Assembly: GCF_009914755.1 (NCBI RefSeq)
Contig: NC_060930.1
Strand: one strand, 5' to 3'
From: the human T2T-CHM13v2.0 reference genome, Homo sapiens
DNA: 64,000 bases
Shown here: piece after piece, positions 29,014 through 46,688 of the stretch
How positions within the stretch are numbered: position 1 is the stretch's first letter
How the letters are laid out: each line of letters begins with the position of its first letter
The notes under the pieces: model-generated
Seen by the model: the letters and a program-made list of their open reading frames with translations, nothing else
What the model was told of the DNA's origin: nothing
Databases searched by the model: none
Program-made: the position numbers and the translations under genes

Positions 29014-30803
29014 TTCTATGAATTGAATTGCATCCTCCAAAATTCATATTGAAGGTCTAACTACCAATGTGGCTGTATTTGGAGACAGGGCCTACAAGGA
29101 ATTAATTAAGATTAAAAGTAGTCATAAGTGTTGTGCCTTGATCTAATAGGATTAATGTCCTCATAAGAAGACACATCAGAGAGCTTGTTCCCTCTCTCTC
29201 CACATGCATGTACCAAGGAAAGCCTATGTGAGCGAACAGTGAGAAGACAGCAGTCTACGAGCCAGGAAAAAAGCCCTCACTGAAACTCCACTGTGCTGGC
29301 ACCCTGATCTCAGATTTTTCATTCTCCATAAAAATAAGAAAATAAATTCATATAGTTTAATCTGCTAGTCTGTCATATTTTGTTTTGGCAGCCTGAGCAG
29401 ACTAAGACAGATTTTGATACCAAGAAGTGAGTGTTGCCATAACAATTACCTAAAAATGTGAAAGCAGCTTTGGAACTGTATGATGGGTAGAGATTGGAAC
29501 AGTTTTGAAGTACCTGCTAGAAATATGAGCATTAAGGGTGATTCTGGTAAGGTTTCAGACAGGAAAAAGATATCATTAGAAACCGGAGGAAAGGCGATCC
29601 TTATAAAGTGGCAAAGATCTTGGATAAACTGTGTTCTAGTGTTGTGTGGAAGGTAGAAGTTGCAAGTAATGAAACTGGGTATTTAGCTGAGGAGATTTCT
29701 AAGCAAAGTGTTGAAGGAGTGACTTGGTTTCTTTTTAACCACTTAGAGTAAAATGTGAAAGGAGAGAAATGAGTTGAAAAAGAAATTGTTAAGCAAAAAG
29801 GAACTAGAACTTGAAGATTTCAAAAATTCTTACCCTATCCATGTTGTAGAAATTGACGTGTGGATTCAGAGATCACTGGAGCTGCGGCCTCAGTTTCAAC
29901 AGATTAAAACGCCTTAGCCAGAAGTCTTGGGGGTAGAACTGCATGGTAAAGCCTTGTGGGCAGGATCCTTCCCTCGCAGAGCCATGGGGTTGGGAATCCT
30001 ACCTAGCCCTGTGGAGGCGATACTGCTTTCCCAATGGGCCCAGAGGGGAGAGTACTCACTCAAAGAAGATTATTATTGAGCCTTAAGATCTAATGGAATT
30101 TGCTTTGCTAGGTTTTAGACTTGCTTGGAACCCTTCACCCCATTTTACTTCTCATTTTTCCGTTTTTGGAATGGGAATGTATATCTTATGCCTATCCCAC
30201 CATTGTTTTTTAGAACATATATCTTGTCTGATTTTATAGGTTAACAGCTGGACAGGAATTTTGCTCAGCATGAATCATATGTTGAGTCTCACCCATATCT
30301 GAATTAGATAAAATGTAGATGAGACTTAGGACTTTAAACTTTAGCGTTGATGCTGAATTGAATTAAGACTTTGGGGGCTGCTGGGATGGAATGGATGTAT
30401 TTTGCATATAAGAAGGAGTGTTGGAACAGAATACTATGAATCCAATTATGTCCCCTCATAATTCATATGTTGAAGCCTAATTCCCAATGTGACGACTATA
30501 TTTGGAGATAAGACCTTTAGGAGGTTATTAAGGTTAAATGATGTCGTAAGGGTGAAGTCTTGATCTAATAGGATTTGTAGCTTTATAAGAAGAGGAGCAC
30601 ATATAGACTGAGGACATTTGAACACACTGAGAAAAGATGACTATTTGCAAGACAGGAAGAGAGCTCTTGCTGAAACCCAACCATCTGGAACTCAATCATG
30701 CTGGCACCCTTCCAGCCTCCTTAACTGTGAGAAAATAAATTTCTGTTGTTTAAGCCATCCAGTCTGTGGTATTTTGTTATAGCAATTGGAGCAGATTAAG
30801 ACA
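29014..30803 (+). mobile_element. MLT1A-type MaLR with two LTRs (~29014-29409, ~30433-30803) and internal sequence
   Basis: Two similar LTRs ending (c/t)taagaca; internal gattttgataccaagaagtg and ttggaactg motifs. Confidence 0.85.
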
Positions 30804-31609
30804 CAAGCCTACCTGTACTTCTTTATAATAGTCATCACACTCATAATTATAATAATTTCAAATTTTCCTCTTTTGCAGATTATAATCTCCATGACGACAG
30901 GGAGGACAGAGGGTGACCCAGTTGGTCTTGTGCTGTATGCTTAACCATTGGCACAGTGACCCTGGCTTATAATAGGGGCTAAGTAAATATCCGGTGACTA
31001 AACAAATATTGAATTAAGGGACTAGAAAGGTAGACAAAAATTGTGTTCACTACAATGTTATTTTTAACAAGAGAACATTAAGAAAAATGTAAATGTTCAA
31101 AACCCAGGGAATAGTTAAATAAGTTAGTTAAATTGATTATATTATAATTGCATGACAATATATCATTTAGTTGTCTTAAAAGGTCTTAATGAATACTATT
31201 TTTATTGGCATGATAAAATTCACATAAACCAATGTTAAATGAAAAATAAGACATTTATGTATATGTATACATGTACACACAAAAAGAAAAAATTGAGGAG
31301 TAAGTCCAAATAAGTGTTAACAGTGGATTTTTTTTTCCTGATTGCAAAATTATTTTTTCTTTATGTCTTTCCCTATTTTTCAAATTTGCTACAAGAATTG
31401 TAAATGCTTTTTAATAAAAAAAATTAGCTGTCAGTTGCCATGAACTGAGTTGAAAAGATGACCTATGTAAGTTGAAAAGATGACCTCAGCAAAATTGTTA
31501 TAACAAGAAAACAGCAAAATTTTTATAACAAGGAAAACAAAACTAAGTTAGTCAAAGTCATTATCAGTGCAGGGCTCAGAACGAACACATGGACTCCACT
31601 GGTAAAACA

Positions 31610-31835
31610 CCTCAATATTGACATTACACTAAGTAACACCATAAAGAAAGCCTTGAGTGTCTACAATAATTTTCTTTTCTGCAGTCTCCCAAAGTCCTTT
31701 TGCTGTCATCGCACATACATATTAGGGTCTACATTGTTTTTGAGTATGTCTGGATGGCTTGACCCACTCCTTCACCTTTCCACCAAGCAATTCTCTCCTA
31801 CTTCATCTGCCTTTCAAAGGAGTGATTTAAAGATT
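31610..31835 (-). pseudogene. Relic exon, module C RGS repeat start (boundaries uncertain)
   Basis: IFKSLL*KADEVGENC/WWK, an F..FL...G.N.L.FW-like motif with a frameshift. Confidence 0.45.
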
Positions 31836-31957
31836 CTATAGTACAAAGGGATATGCCCAAAGATTAAATCCTAAGGAGATCCCAGAACTTAGGGAACTTT
31901 ACTTTCAGAATGTTAAGAACTTTTAGAGATTTGAGGAGAATCAATATATGAGTGTTT

Positions 31958-32322
31958 GCTATAGATTGAATATGTCCTTCCAAAATTCATATGTTAAAAT
32001 CCTAATCCCTAAGTTGAGTAGTATTAGGAGGATGGGCCTTTAGAGGATAATAAGGTCATAAGAGTGGAGCCCTCATTAATGGATCAGTGCCCTTCATAAG
32101 CAGCCCAAGGAAGCTTCCCCTGCCCCTTCCACCACGTGAGCACACAGCTATTAATAAAAGCTGCCATGTATGAATCAGAAAATGTGTCCTCACCAGATAC
32201 CACATCTGCTGGCAACTTGATCTTGGACTTCTCAGTTTCCAGACTGTGAGAAATAGATCTTTGTTGTTTATAAGCTACCCAGTTGACGATATTTTGTTAT
32301 AGCACCCCAAATGGACTAAGAG
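31958..32322 (+). mobile_element. MLT1 solo LTR
   Basis: tgctatagattgaatatgtcc...atggactaaga. Confidence 0.8.
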
Positions 32323-32829
32323 CTATTGGTGAACTTCTGTCATATCATAAATATTATTTGGAGGACATTGTTTGACAAGAGTCCTAGAATTACATTTGTA
32401 TCTATTGGAGTATAAGAATTTATACAACTGGAAAAATACATTCTGCTGTAGAAATAACTTGCACCTTAGTTTTGTGTGTAGTTTGTTTTATTTTTTGAGA
32501 GTTGTTGTGTTGTAGGTACTTTACTTTCTTTCAGCCCCAAAAAGATGAAGTGGTATATACATATATTATATTCTTACCTCATTATTTTATTTCTTTGTTA
32601 GTAGTGAGAGTTCAAATCAACACGTATTGATTGAGTATGCACTACCTGAAAGGCACTGTCTTAGGTTTTGGGGATACAAAGGCAAGTGGAAATGAACCTC
32701 TAGTTGCTCAGGAAAGACGTGTGCTCTAGGGAGATGCACACAGTCATATAAACAGATAATGTCACTGAATGTAAGAACTGAGACAAAGCCATGTAGGGGG
32801 CATTGGTGCAGAAAGAAAGGACCCTGAAG

Positions 32830-34920
32830 TGAAGGCCATTACTGCCCTATCAAGATTTCTTCTTCAGCCTGGTGCTGAGAATGTTGGTTGCTAAAGGCTC
32901 ATGGCTGCCCCCTTCCCTAGAGAATTTCCTTTGACAAAATGACAACTTCTTCTAGGTGAGGGGGGCACCAACTTTATTAAGAAGCTCAGTGGTGTCTGTC
33001 CTTTGTAGATCAGTACTGATGATCATTATTGATTCTGTTATAGATCTGTGCTCCCTGACAGTAATGGAAATAGTAAGATCTCAAAATAGCAGAGGACAGA
33101 TGGCAGCACTTGACCATCAGAAGCAAGGTGGGCATGATTATCAAAATGCACAGCACGTAGCAGGCTCTGATCAGTAGGGATTTAAGGAGATGGCTAGTAG
33201 AATATGTTGATTGTAGGGCGAGATCAATGGGCAAGCAATAAGTGTTTTGCTTAATATATATAATCAATCCAAATATATTTAAAAAAAGATGATCAGAATA
33301 CTAAGGTCAGCCACCTCAATGGAAAGTCAGGATTCCTTGCCCAGTTTACAGGCTTAGCTTGTCCTCAGTTCCATAACCTATTGCTTGAAGTAGTGGTCAA
33401 GTTCCTACAAGAAAGTTCCTTAAAACACCATGGAAAGTTTATACAGCAGTGATTCCTCCAGCCTTTCTCCAAAGGGATAAATAGCCATTTACCTGGGTAA
33501 ACATAAACTGGGAAAAGTGAGATGTTTAATCAGGAATCTGAGTTGACTGCAATAGCTAGGGACCTCAAGTACCATCATGGATCCTCTCATTAGAGTAAAG
33601 CTATATACGGGTCAGAAGTTCTAGCATATGTCCGTCTCAAAGTGGGTCCACAGGGTCCGTGAACCCACCCTATAGTTATTTCCTGGCTAGAAAAATTTAT
33701 AATCAGAATACACAAACTTAAAATTTGGAAGAACCCTCACATTGAGTAGTAGAGAAAACATGTGTTATAGTAGGTGACATGGTTTGGCTCGGTGCCCCCA
33801 CCCAAATCTCATCTCGAATTGTAATTCCCACATGTCATGGGAGGGACATGTAATCCCCATGTGTGGAGGGAGGATTGCCCCCATGCTGTTTATGTGATAG
33901 TGAGTTCTTATGAGATCTGACGGTTTTATAAGCGGCAGTATCCCCTCTCCTTTCTCTTCTCCTCTCTTTTCTCTTCTCCTCTCTTTTCTCTTCTCCTCTC
34001 TTCTCTCTCCTGCAGCCTTGTGAGGAAGGTGTCTGCTTCCCCTTCTGCCATGATTTTAAGTTTCCTGAGGCCTCCCCAGCCCTGCAGAACTGTGAGTCAA
34101 TTTAACCTCTTTCCTTTATAAATTACCCAGTCTCAGGGCAGGCAGTTCTTTACAGTAGTGTGAAAACAAACAAAAACAGTAGGAAAATCCAAATGAATAT
34201 CTCTGAAACTTCCAAGACAATACATCAAAAGCAATATCACATCCTAGGTAAAAAGGCAGAAATGGATACACCCCCAGAAAACTTTAAGGGATGAATGGAT
34301 CACAGTGCCCATAAGTCCCATTTAATTCACTCATCATGAAATGTCCGTAGACAGAATGACTCAGCCAGTTGATGTCAGCCTCTAAACTCCACCTTCCTGG
34401 CTAACCAGATGCTGGAAAACCTTTTTCTGGATAGAGTAGATTTCATGTGAGAAACAACTGGGTACAAGTGGTACAAGGGATAAACTCTCATAAATCTGTT
34501 GGTGCCCTGCCAAACTCTCCTGTTTTCCAGGCCAGTGATCTCATCCTGCAGCTACTGTAAGTTCATCTGCTAATGGATTACAGCTGCTCCCATTTCTGGA
34601 GAATTGTCCTTAACCAAATGGGAACTACATCACCTGAGAGATAACACAACTCACCCCTAACAGGGTCAGCCTGCAGTCAATGACTCACTGACATGGTCAA
34701 CAAAGGGCTATGCCAAATCTGTGGTTCAATTCATATTCCAGAGCTCCCATGGGATCAGGCTGAAGAGCGCTCCAACTGATACTGTATTCCTGTTTACTCC
34801 TTCTTTTGTTCTGTCTTGCTTCCCTCACTCCCTTTCTCTTGAGAGGACTTTCTCAATAAATTATGTGCACTAAAATTCTTGCCTCAGGCTCTGCTTCTAG
34901 AGAACATGACCCAAGATAGA
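32830..34920 (+). mobile_element. Degenerate ERVL (LTR16-like LTRs plus internal) with nested THE1/MST LTR (33775-34178)
   Basis: LTR16-like terminus caggctctgcttctagagaacatgacccaagata; nested LTR flanked by TSD gtagg. Confidence 0.7.
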
Positions 34921-35405
34921 ATCCTAGTGCTGATTGCCAAGGAATGCTCTTTAGAGAATAAAGTGCCTAATATGAGACTTGAAGTATTAAAGACTAAAAT
35001 AAAAGTCAGAAATGGACATTACTTAATATCTTGGTTTTCGCATCTTTGTACTTAGAGTTTCTCCATTGAGAAAGAGATTTTCAAGGATGATCAATTTCCA
35101 CCAAGTATTCTTCGTGATAATCTGGAATTTATTTAATCTGGAATTTAGTTAATTGCAGAAAAATCCAAATTTGTGGCAACATTTGTCAGCATGAAAAAAC
35201 AGTCATTTCTTTTTCGTGAAATATAAACTAATTCATGTATCCATTTAATTAACAACTACTTTCTGAATACTAATTAGAACTGGGCATTGTGTTGCCTGCT
35301 AGGGACTCAAGAGGGAGCCAGACTGTCTCCTGCCCTTTCAGAGTTTAGTAGCATCTGAGTCTCTCTCAGTTTGTCTAGAAAGGTGAGAGCCCAGAAGGGA
35401 GAAAC

Positions 35406-35736
35406 CTGTGGCTTTCCGAGGGGAGGGTAATATGAGTGGTCTTCCCAAGTAAAGACAGGTGGAGACACTATCTGTAGAGAATCTAAAACAGTGACAAAAA
35501 ATAAAAGAAGTCATTGTTCCTTTTATTATCACCATGTGCTGGCAATTTTTAACAATGGTAGTGACAATGCACTCTTCCCTCCCACCTTTAAATACTACTG
35601 AAGATACCTACAATGTTATTAATATCTCCCTTTGGTATTTGGACAACCCTGTTTAGCGTTTCCCAAAGTTGGGGCTCACAATATCTTGTATCACCATTTA
35701 GGAGTAGCAGGAAGGAGGATTTTAGAGTAACTTTTC
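35406..35736 (-). pseudogene. Two relic linker exons (35586-35736 and 35406-35482) separated by a 103-nt intron
   Basis: Good acceptors (TTTATTTTAG; TTTTTTGTCACTGTTTTAG); phase 2 junction is compatible; nearly stop-free translation ...QLWETLNRVVQI...|FSTDSVSTCLYLGRPLILPSPRKAT. Confidence 0.55.
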
Positions 35737-36268
35737 CTAAAATAAACCTTAAGACTCTCTCCACTAGTGTTCTCTCCCTTACAGAGAGAGGCAGAGAGCT
35801 CTCTCCCTTAGAAAAGCAAGATTGAGAAGCTAGTCATGATGTGACTCTCACTTTTTGCTAGGGCTGGGGTGGGGATCAGGCCAGCACATAATTTGCCTCA
35901 TTGTAAGTGTGTACATTTTCTCTAGATTTAAGATTTGAGAAAAGAAGAAGGGAATTAATGAAAAGAGAGGACAAAATCAAACACTTTCTGCAAGTCCAAA
36001 GAGTTTGACTTGTATGGGCTCTGGGAGAAGACTTGATCTCTTAACTTGTGCTGGCAAAAGGCTTAAAGTCACTTATTCTTGCAAACAAAGTCAAAGACCA
36101 ACTGTTCATTCCTAGGGATTTGGTGGTAGTAACTTGCCTAGATTTTGTCAGTAAAAAGAGATAAAGTTCGAAACAACTACAGACTTTTTCCTATTCAGCA
36201 AGCTTACAAAACAAGCCTGTGACTTTAAAATCTTCACAACTTAACCTGAATAATTAATATTCTGCCAC

Positions 36269-36375
36269 CTGCATTAGTCATCAGCATGGGTTAGAATGAC
36301 CAAATGCATTACTTTCCAACCTGAAATTCTGTGCTGCTCTGATTTGATAAAGCATTATACCTCCATCAGAGACAT
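36269..36375 (-). pseudogene. Relic exon, module C RGS C-terminal helix
   Basis: TTGTTTAG acceptor; CAG|GTGGCA donor; MSLMEV*CFIKSEQ. Confidence 0.45.
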
Positions 36376-36579
36376 CTAAACAATATGGATTACATATTAT
36401 GTGTTAAATAAAATTTTCATATGTGAAACTTTTCTACAAGAACGTAAGAGTAAAAACAAAGAAAAATGTAAAGTTATTTGGCAGAACTTAATATAGACCT
36501 GCTCTGTCCAATACTGAAGTCATAGGCCACATGTAGCTATTTCAATGACTGAATATTCAATCAAATTAAAAATTCAGTT

Positions 36580-39900
<3,321 letters not shown>

Positions 39901-40362
39901 TGCCATCCTAATCACATTTTAAGTCATGAATGGCAACACTTGGTTAGTTAATTTTGTATTGGACAATGCAGATATAGAAATTTTCTATCATTTCAGAAAG
40001 TTCTATTGCATAGTAAACCTTTCTCTTCTTGAGTTGAAATCATTTCCTTTCCTAAAGATGATAAACTATAGAAAGAAATAAAAGTAATAAAAAATAAATG
40101 AGGAGGATAAGAAAGAAAGAACTATAAAACCTGAAGATACAAAAAAAAAAAAAAAGTAACAAGAAAAGACATCAGAGAGAAGTTGAAAATGCTCAAATGG
40201 AATAAATCTTGATTAAAACAGGGCTGAGGGCAATCTTCTATGCATAGGCTTTCCCTGTTATTCTCAGCACTTAAACAGTTTTATATGTCAGAGATCAAAG
40301 TTGTTTTCCAAAGCTGTGCTTCTAAAGCAGTAGGTTTGGCCTTTACATTGTCATTCCCTTAC

Positions 40363-40661
40363 CTCATTCTCTGTAGTTAAAGGATATCAGCATTTTAGAG
40401 CACAAAGGCCACTTTAAAACAATGTGGAATTAAAATGGTACTTCAAAACAATGAGGACACAAAAATATACATTTGGGCATGGCAAGGCTAGCTTCCTTGC
40501 TACGTTTAGACTTGTGGAATTTAACAAAATTCAAGTCCCCATAGGTACTTCTGGCTACTGGAGCTTTGCTCCTGCTTATGTATTGATAAAGATGCAATCC
40601 ATTGATCTTCTGGTCACTGAGGAAGAATCATCATGGATTGCTGCCATTATTCACACTTTGA
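40363..40661 (-). pseudogene. Relic exon (299 nt), module C second RGS repeat
   Basis: Long pyrimidine tract plus ATAAG acceptor; GAG|GTAAGG donor; begins SKCE*WQQSMMIL (FWQ-like). Confidence 0.5.
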
Positions 40662-41429
40662 CTTATGGACGAAAGAGAGAAAACCGATATGCAGTCCCCA
40701 AAGTAGGTCATATTGTGGGGGTCCAGTGTAGAACCAAAGGAAGTTCATAGCCCCAGGCCAGAGGGAAAGAGAAAAATTTTCAGCAGGGAACAGAAGGTCT
40801 AGAGGTCTGAGAAATAGCAAAAGGGATAACCCAGAAGGCAGTGTGGAGATTAGATAAATGAAGTGAACATGGAGATACTAGTAAATCAAGGGATAGCTTG
40901 GGACTAATCTAACCAGGGTTCCTTTCTCAGCACCTTCTGGAAGCAGACATTGAAGGATAGAAATGGTTGGGGCAAAAGTTGCAATCCAGACAGTTTCTTT
41001 TCATAGAATTTTCCAGAATTAGGGTTTTCCTTTCCTAGCACATAACCTAGGAAAAAAAAAAAAATAAGCCCCAAAAGGTATCTTCTCTTCTTATACCTTA
41101 TATCAAAATTTCTCTAAAATTCTCAAATTTCACCTCAATACCCCTCTATCCTTGTCACCAGAGGACGCCAAGCACTATACCTACTATGTGTATATTTTTA
41201 CTGACAACATCATATTTTAAGCAATGCAATCTAATTATTCAAAGAGCAGGCTTTCAATCCTAATATGATTTATAAAAAGGAAATATAGCCACACAAAAGT
41301 GAAAGAGACACACTAGATAAAAACGAAAATTAATGGCCTTATTTTGTGCATTTATTAAGAAGTCATAATAAGAAACCTAACAATAGTTTTCAGGATCAAC
41401 AGCATTTTTTTTCTTCCAAAATGGCACCA

Positions 41430-41660
41430 GGGTGTGGTATAAATGGTTAGACTGAGAGTCATATAAAACCAGGTAAAGATTTATCTTCTGTCATTTAGTA
41501 GTTCCATTATCCTTGAAAAATGACATAAGCTCTCAGCTTCAATAAAATGAAAGTAATCATAATGCCTATCTTGCAAAGTCATTATTAGGATTAAATGAGA
41601 TAGTGTGTGTAAGGTGCTTAGCATGCATCTGGCATAAACTTGGCACACAATGAATGTCAC
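41430..41660 (+). mobile_element. MIR
   Basis: ggattaaatgagatagtgtgtgtaaggtgcttagc. Confidence 0.7.
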
Positions 41661-42109
41661 CTTTCTTCCTTTCTTCCCTCTAACTTGTGATACCATCACT
41701 TCTTTTGGGCCTTCTCCAACCTTTCTACTGTCCTTCATCCATGCTGCTGGCCAGCTTCCCTCTTCTCATCTCAGCTCCCTAATCTCTTTAATAAAACCCG
41801 AGTTGCTACTGTCATCATGTGTTTTGTAATTGGGCATTGTTTCTATTAATTAAAATAAAGCATTTAAAGGAAGTGCCTAGTGAAATAACAGATCTGGTTC
41901 ATCACTAGCTTTTTGACTCTCATGGTTTCCTCACTTGTCCACAAGGTTTGCCAGTGAACAGTTGATTCAGTTTACTTTATTGGACTAACTCAGTGTTCAT
42001 GTTTATTTTACAGTGTTTATCTTTATTCCCAATTATTCTAACCCACAGAAAGAAAGCAAGGCCCTTCATAAAATGGAGCATGAAGTTTCAATTTTCACAT
42101 GAGTCACAC

Positions 42110-42249
42110 TGGTGAATAGTATGTTCTTTGGTCTTGGGCTCAGTGCATGCTGCAAATCAAAAGAGGATGGGAAGCTTTTTGTGCATGTAAACAGCTGGAA
42201 CACAGTGTTAAGTTGATAGTATGAAAAAATCTGAAGCCTTTTCTTGAGT
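42110..42249 (-). pseudogene. Relic exon (140 nt), module C second RGS repeat start
   Basis: TTTTATTCCCTGCACAG acceptor; phase 1 to 0; SCLHAQKASHPLL resembles recalled ALCADACAGNPF. Confidence 0.5.
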
Positions 42250-42633
42250 CTGTGCAGGGAATAAAACTAGGAAGAATCATTTTACACCCATGGGAAGGAT
42301 TTACTGGTTTATAAATATGATAAACCTTCCTTAATACTGGTGCTTTGAACTTGCTGAGCACCTTTCAGCAGTGGATTGCAAAGCACTTCACTAACAGTAA
42401 GCCTTGGGACCCTCGGGATGGAGGTATTATTTCCATTTCATAGTTAGGGAAATAGATGCAAGGACTGACTTGCTCAGGAACACAGAGTAAGTCCCAATCA
42501 AGCATATACCCCCATGAACCCAGATCAAATCTAACCTCTAGGCTACTCTTGCCCCCACATATTTATTTTGCAAAAGGAAAACAATGATTTCAAATATATA
42601 CTCAGTTAAGCATTAGGATATATCCCTCTCCAC

Positions 42634-42891
42634 CTGTTTTAACACGTTTTTGAAGTTTTGCTTGTTTTTACACTGGCAGGATTTTCGGATGATTAGTTCT
42701 GAGTGTCTTTTGTTTCAAGTGTCTCGTGTAGGGGATGAGAGAAATCGGATGATCAAGGGTCTTTTCACTGCTTAGTCACTACTTCAGGTTCAGTCTAGTT
42801 GGGTGGTGACCCACAGGGAATATTTCAATGCCAGGAGAAGTAAATATGCCAGTTGTCTTAACCTGGTCTTGGAGCAGGTAGGCTCTGTTGA
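42634..42891 (-). pseudogene. Relic exon (258 nt), module C
   Basis: TTTCATTTTTCATTTTAAAG acceptor; CAG|GTGGAG donor; phase 1/1; long near-open frame; shifted piece RLR/NWHIYFSWH resembles the RL.SYW..F motif. Confidence 0.5.
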
Positions 42892-43961
42892 CTTTAAAAT
42901 GAAAAATGAAACAATTTAGATCAAGCTGTTTGGGCTCTGTGCAGAAGAATCCCATGAATCCCTGTGAACATCGGCAGAAAAGTTTAGAAGAGTATAATCT
43001 TAGCAACAGAAAATGATGTTCTTTTCAGAAAAATAAACAAAAAATTTAGGGCAAGTCCACTGGAAGAAGGGGCAGTAGAGGAAGATAGAGATTGGGGAAT
43101 GAAAAGCTAATTTGTAAACAGATTTCAGGAGAGTGGTGTAAACTCTCTAGATCAGGATAATCAAAGGGAAGAAGCAAGCAGGTGATTGTGAGTTGTTGGG
43201 AAAATAATTTTATCACACCGATATCACCCCCAAAATAAGAAAATGAACAGGCCTAGTTTTTAAATAGAAATTTACATCTATTTGATTATTTAGTATAGGA
43301 GCAACAGATCAAAGAGTAATTGTAAATCATTACTGTGAAGTCCAACATTTAAACTACCAAGGGCGATAAATGGAATAACAATTAAAGATTATTACTCATG
43401 AAAGGTACTGCATTAACGAAGGCTTTTCCAACACTCCATCCCACCCCTAAATACACAAAAACTACTTGAGACAAACATATAACCTCCATCCAAACTTCAT
43501 CATCTAAGGGAAATTCACCAACAAAACATTTTGGGGACAATTACATAACCTTCATCTAAACTTCATCATCAGCCTCAGTGGCTGGCAGTTGCTCCCTATT
43601 TCTTCTTCCCTCCCTTTCAATGTGTAAGATCTGGGAACAGGAAGTAGTATTTACTCCTTGGTGTCAGTAGAACAATGATGGATACTGAGAATGTCTTTCA
43701 CTCTAAACATTGACCACAGCAAGGAAATGTTCCCATAGGAATATTTATAAAGCTGGTGCTTTCATTTCTGAACATCCAGGTTATTTTTATTGTGATTTAA
43801 AAAAATATTAAGAATAAATTGTCATTTTAATTAAAGAAGAAAATAAGGTTCACAGAGCCAGAGAAGCCCATATGAACTTCGTCCAGACATACTCATGGTT
43901 TGGAGGTGGGGAGGTGCGTGAATATTTAATAATGCTTTTTTACAAAAGGGATCTTATCTAG

Positions 43962-44433
<472 letters not shown>

Positions 44434-45089
44434 ACCACGACCTTTCTTTTGGAGAAAGTGATACCTACGGCCATGGTTTCCAAACTTGTTTGACAGCACT
44501 TTATGCCCCAGAATATAAACAGACAAAATTAGTATTTATTAGTGTATTTCCTCTATATAATTCATTTATAACATTGGCTTATAAAATCAGTTGTTGAATA
44601 CAACTAGTATTTTGTTTTAGAAAATAATTTGAAATCAGCCTCGATATTTCATTTTTGGCCTTAATTAGTTTAGGTTATACAGTATTGAGAAAAATCCTGA
44701 ATCAACCATGTAAAGTCTTTACAAATAGTGGAACTTCTGAACAACGTTCCCATCCCTTGCAATTTCAACATAGCCTTCAATTAAATGGATGTCCTCAAAA
44801 GAGCAAATAGGAACATTTCTATTCAAAAATTGGATCATCAATAATATGTAAAAATTGCTCCTTTCTCATAAATATAGAGATTGGAAGAGAAGCATTCAAA
44901 ATTTACAGTAAGTATTCCAAACTATATTGAATGAGGTAACTTGTCATTTATATTTGCACTACTGTGCCGTTATGCTGGAAACAGAATTTGTTCTGAATAG
45001 ATCCTTGCACTTGACTTGGCATTTAATGGAGTGCAATTGTCAGTGTAAGATTTATATAGTTATACCCAAGTAGACGTGAGCAGTCCTGA

Positions 45090-45800
45090 TTTTTTTTCTT
45101 TTCCTTTTTTTTTAAATTTTCTTTTTGTTTTTTTAATTTAAGCTTTCTTTAAAGTTCGGGAGTACATGTGCAGGTTTGTTATATAGGTAAATTTATGTCA
45201 TGAGAATTTGTTGTGCAGATTATTTCATCACCAGGTACTAAGCCTAGTTCCCATTAGTTATTTCTCCTGATCCTCTCCCTCCTCCCACCCTCCACCCTCC
45301 AAAAGGCCTTAGAGTGTGTTGCTGCTTCTACGTGTCCATGTGTTTTCATCATTAAGCCCCCACTTATAAGTAAGAACTTGCAGTATTTGGTTTTCTGTTC
45401 CTTAGTTTGCTAAAGCAAACTAACCCCAGCTCCATCCATGTTCCTGCAAAGGACATGATCTCATTTCTTTTTATGGCTGCATAGTCTTCCATGGTGTATA
45501 TGCATGTGGTGTACCACATTTTCTTTATCCAGTCTACCACCGACAGGCATTTAGGTTGATTCCATGTCTTTGCTATTGTGAATAGTGCTGCAATGAGCAT
45601 ACACATGCATATGTCTTTGTAACAGAATAGTTTATATTCCTTTGGGTATATATCCACTAATGAGATTACTGGGTCCAATGGTATTTCTGTTTTTAGGTCT
45701 TTGAGGAATCGCTACACTGTCTTCCACAATGGTTGAACTAATTTACACTCCCACCGACAGTGTATAAGAGTTCCTTTTTCCCTGCAACCACACCCGCAAG
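45090..45800 (-). mobile_element. Primate L1P 3' end
   Basis: ORF 45364-45678 gives the L1 ORF2 C-terminus (ALFTIAKTWNQPKC...WIKKMW); gtacatgtgcaggtttgtta 3'UTR. Confidence 0.9.
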
Positions 45801-46271
45801 TCTTAAATTTTTAAATGAACATTTAGGCACCATTACATTTCTAATTAATGATACATTTAGGAGAAGTAAAAGTATTTCCACTGAAGGCAGAAGAAATGTA
45901 TTTTGAGTTTATACAAAATGAGTAAACCTGAGAGTACAAGATAAAGTAGGAGTGATATTAAAGAGTTAAAATTTAATATATAGTACCCTGAACACACATG
46001 CCACTTCTATTCTTTTTTACAAAATAGTTGAAGTTTATGTCTAGAATAAAATTCAAACCAAACATTTGAGGATCCCTGAAGCACTTTGCAGAATTCCTCT
46101 AGTGTCTGGCATAGTGCCTGACATAAAATAAGTAATGAATATCTGTTGAATGGATAGTATATTCTAGTTTGAAAATTCATGGGCATCATCTAGCAAAGGT
46201 TTCTCAAGACTCTTTTAGCCTCTCAAGGGGAGGTAAAACAGAAAACTAAGTCATTCTGGGCTGCTATCTAC

Positions 46272-46349
46272 CTTTGGTACTTAACTACCATTAAGCTTAT
46301 TTTTCATGACCATTTTACAATGGAGGTATTTACATGTGTAACTGGAGGT
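46272..46349 (-). pseudogene. Relic exon (78 nt, phase 0/0), module C N-terminal domain end
   Basis: CTTTCCTTACAG acceptor; AAG|GTAGAT donor; TSSYTCKYLHCKMVM vs recalled RGS22 ESDCYFEYRLAKLV and RGSL1 KTNLCFHYILCQ. Confidence 0.6.
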
Positions 46350-46688
46350 CTGTAAGGAAAGTATCATTATCCCAATATTGTAGCTTATAAAAATCAAGGC
46401 AGAATAATACTTACTAGAGTCTATTAATGAGTAAAGTGTGGACTTGTAATTTAGAACCTGGGCATGGGGCCCCATAGGACATGCTGCCCCTCCCTCATCT
46501 CTCTGCCCTTGGTACTCTCCACCTCTCCCTCCCCATCTCCCCAGTTTCTCATCTCCCTGATGAGCTAAAAGCATTATATATAATTTAAAGCCTAGTTGAA
46601 TTTTGGAGTTGGTCAGAAACAGCTATCATGGCTAGTTCACATAAAAGAGGATTGAAATGATAATATGCAGTATATACACTATACATAC

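Noticed and set aside
33945-34010. Pyrimidine tandem repeat (cctctcttttctcttct)
   Set aside because: Simple-repeat expansion within the THE1/MST LTR.
43479-43570. Direct repeat ataacct(c/t)catc(c/t)aaacttcatcatc with a spacer
   Set aside because: Only two copies, a local duplication; not a CRISPR array (eukaryotic DNA, no cas genes).
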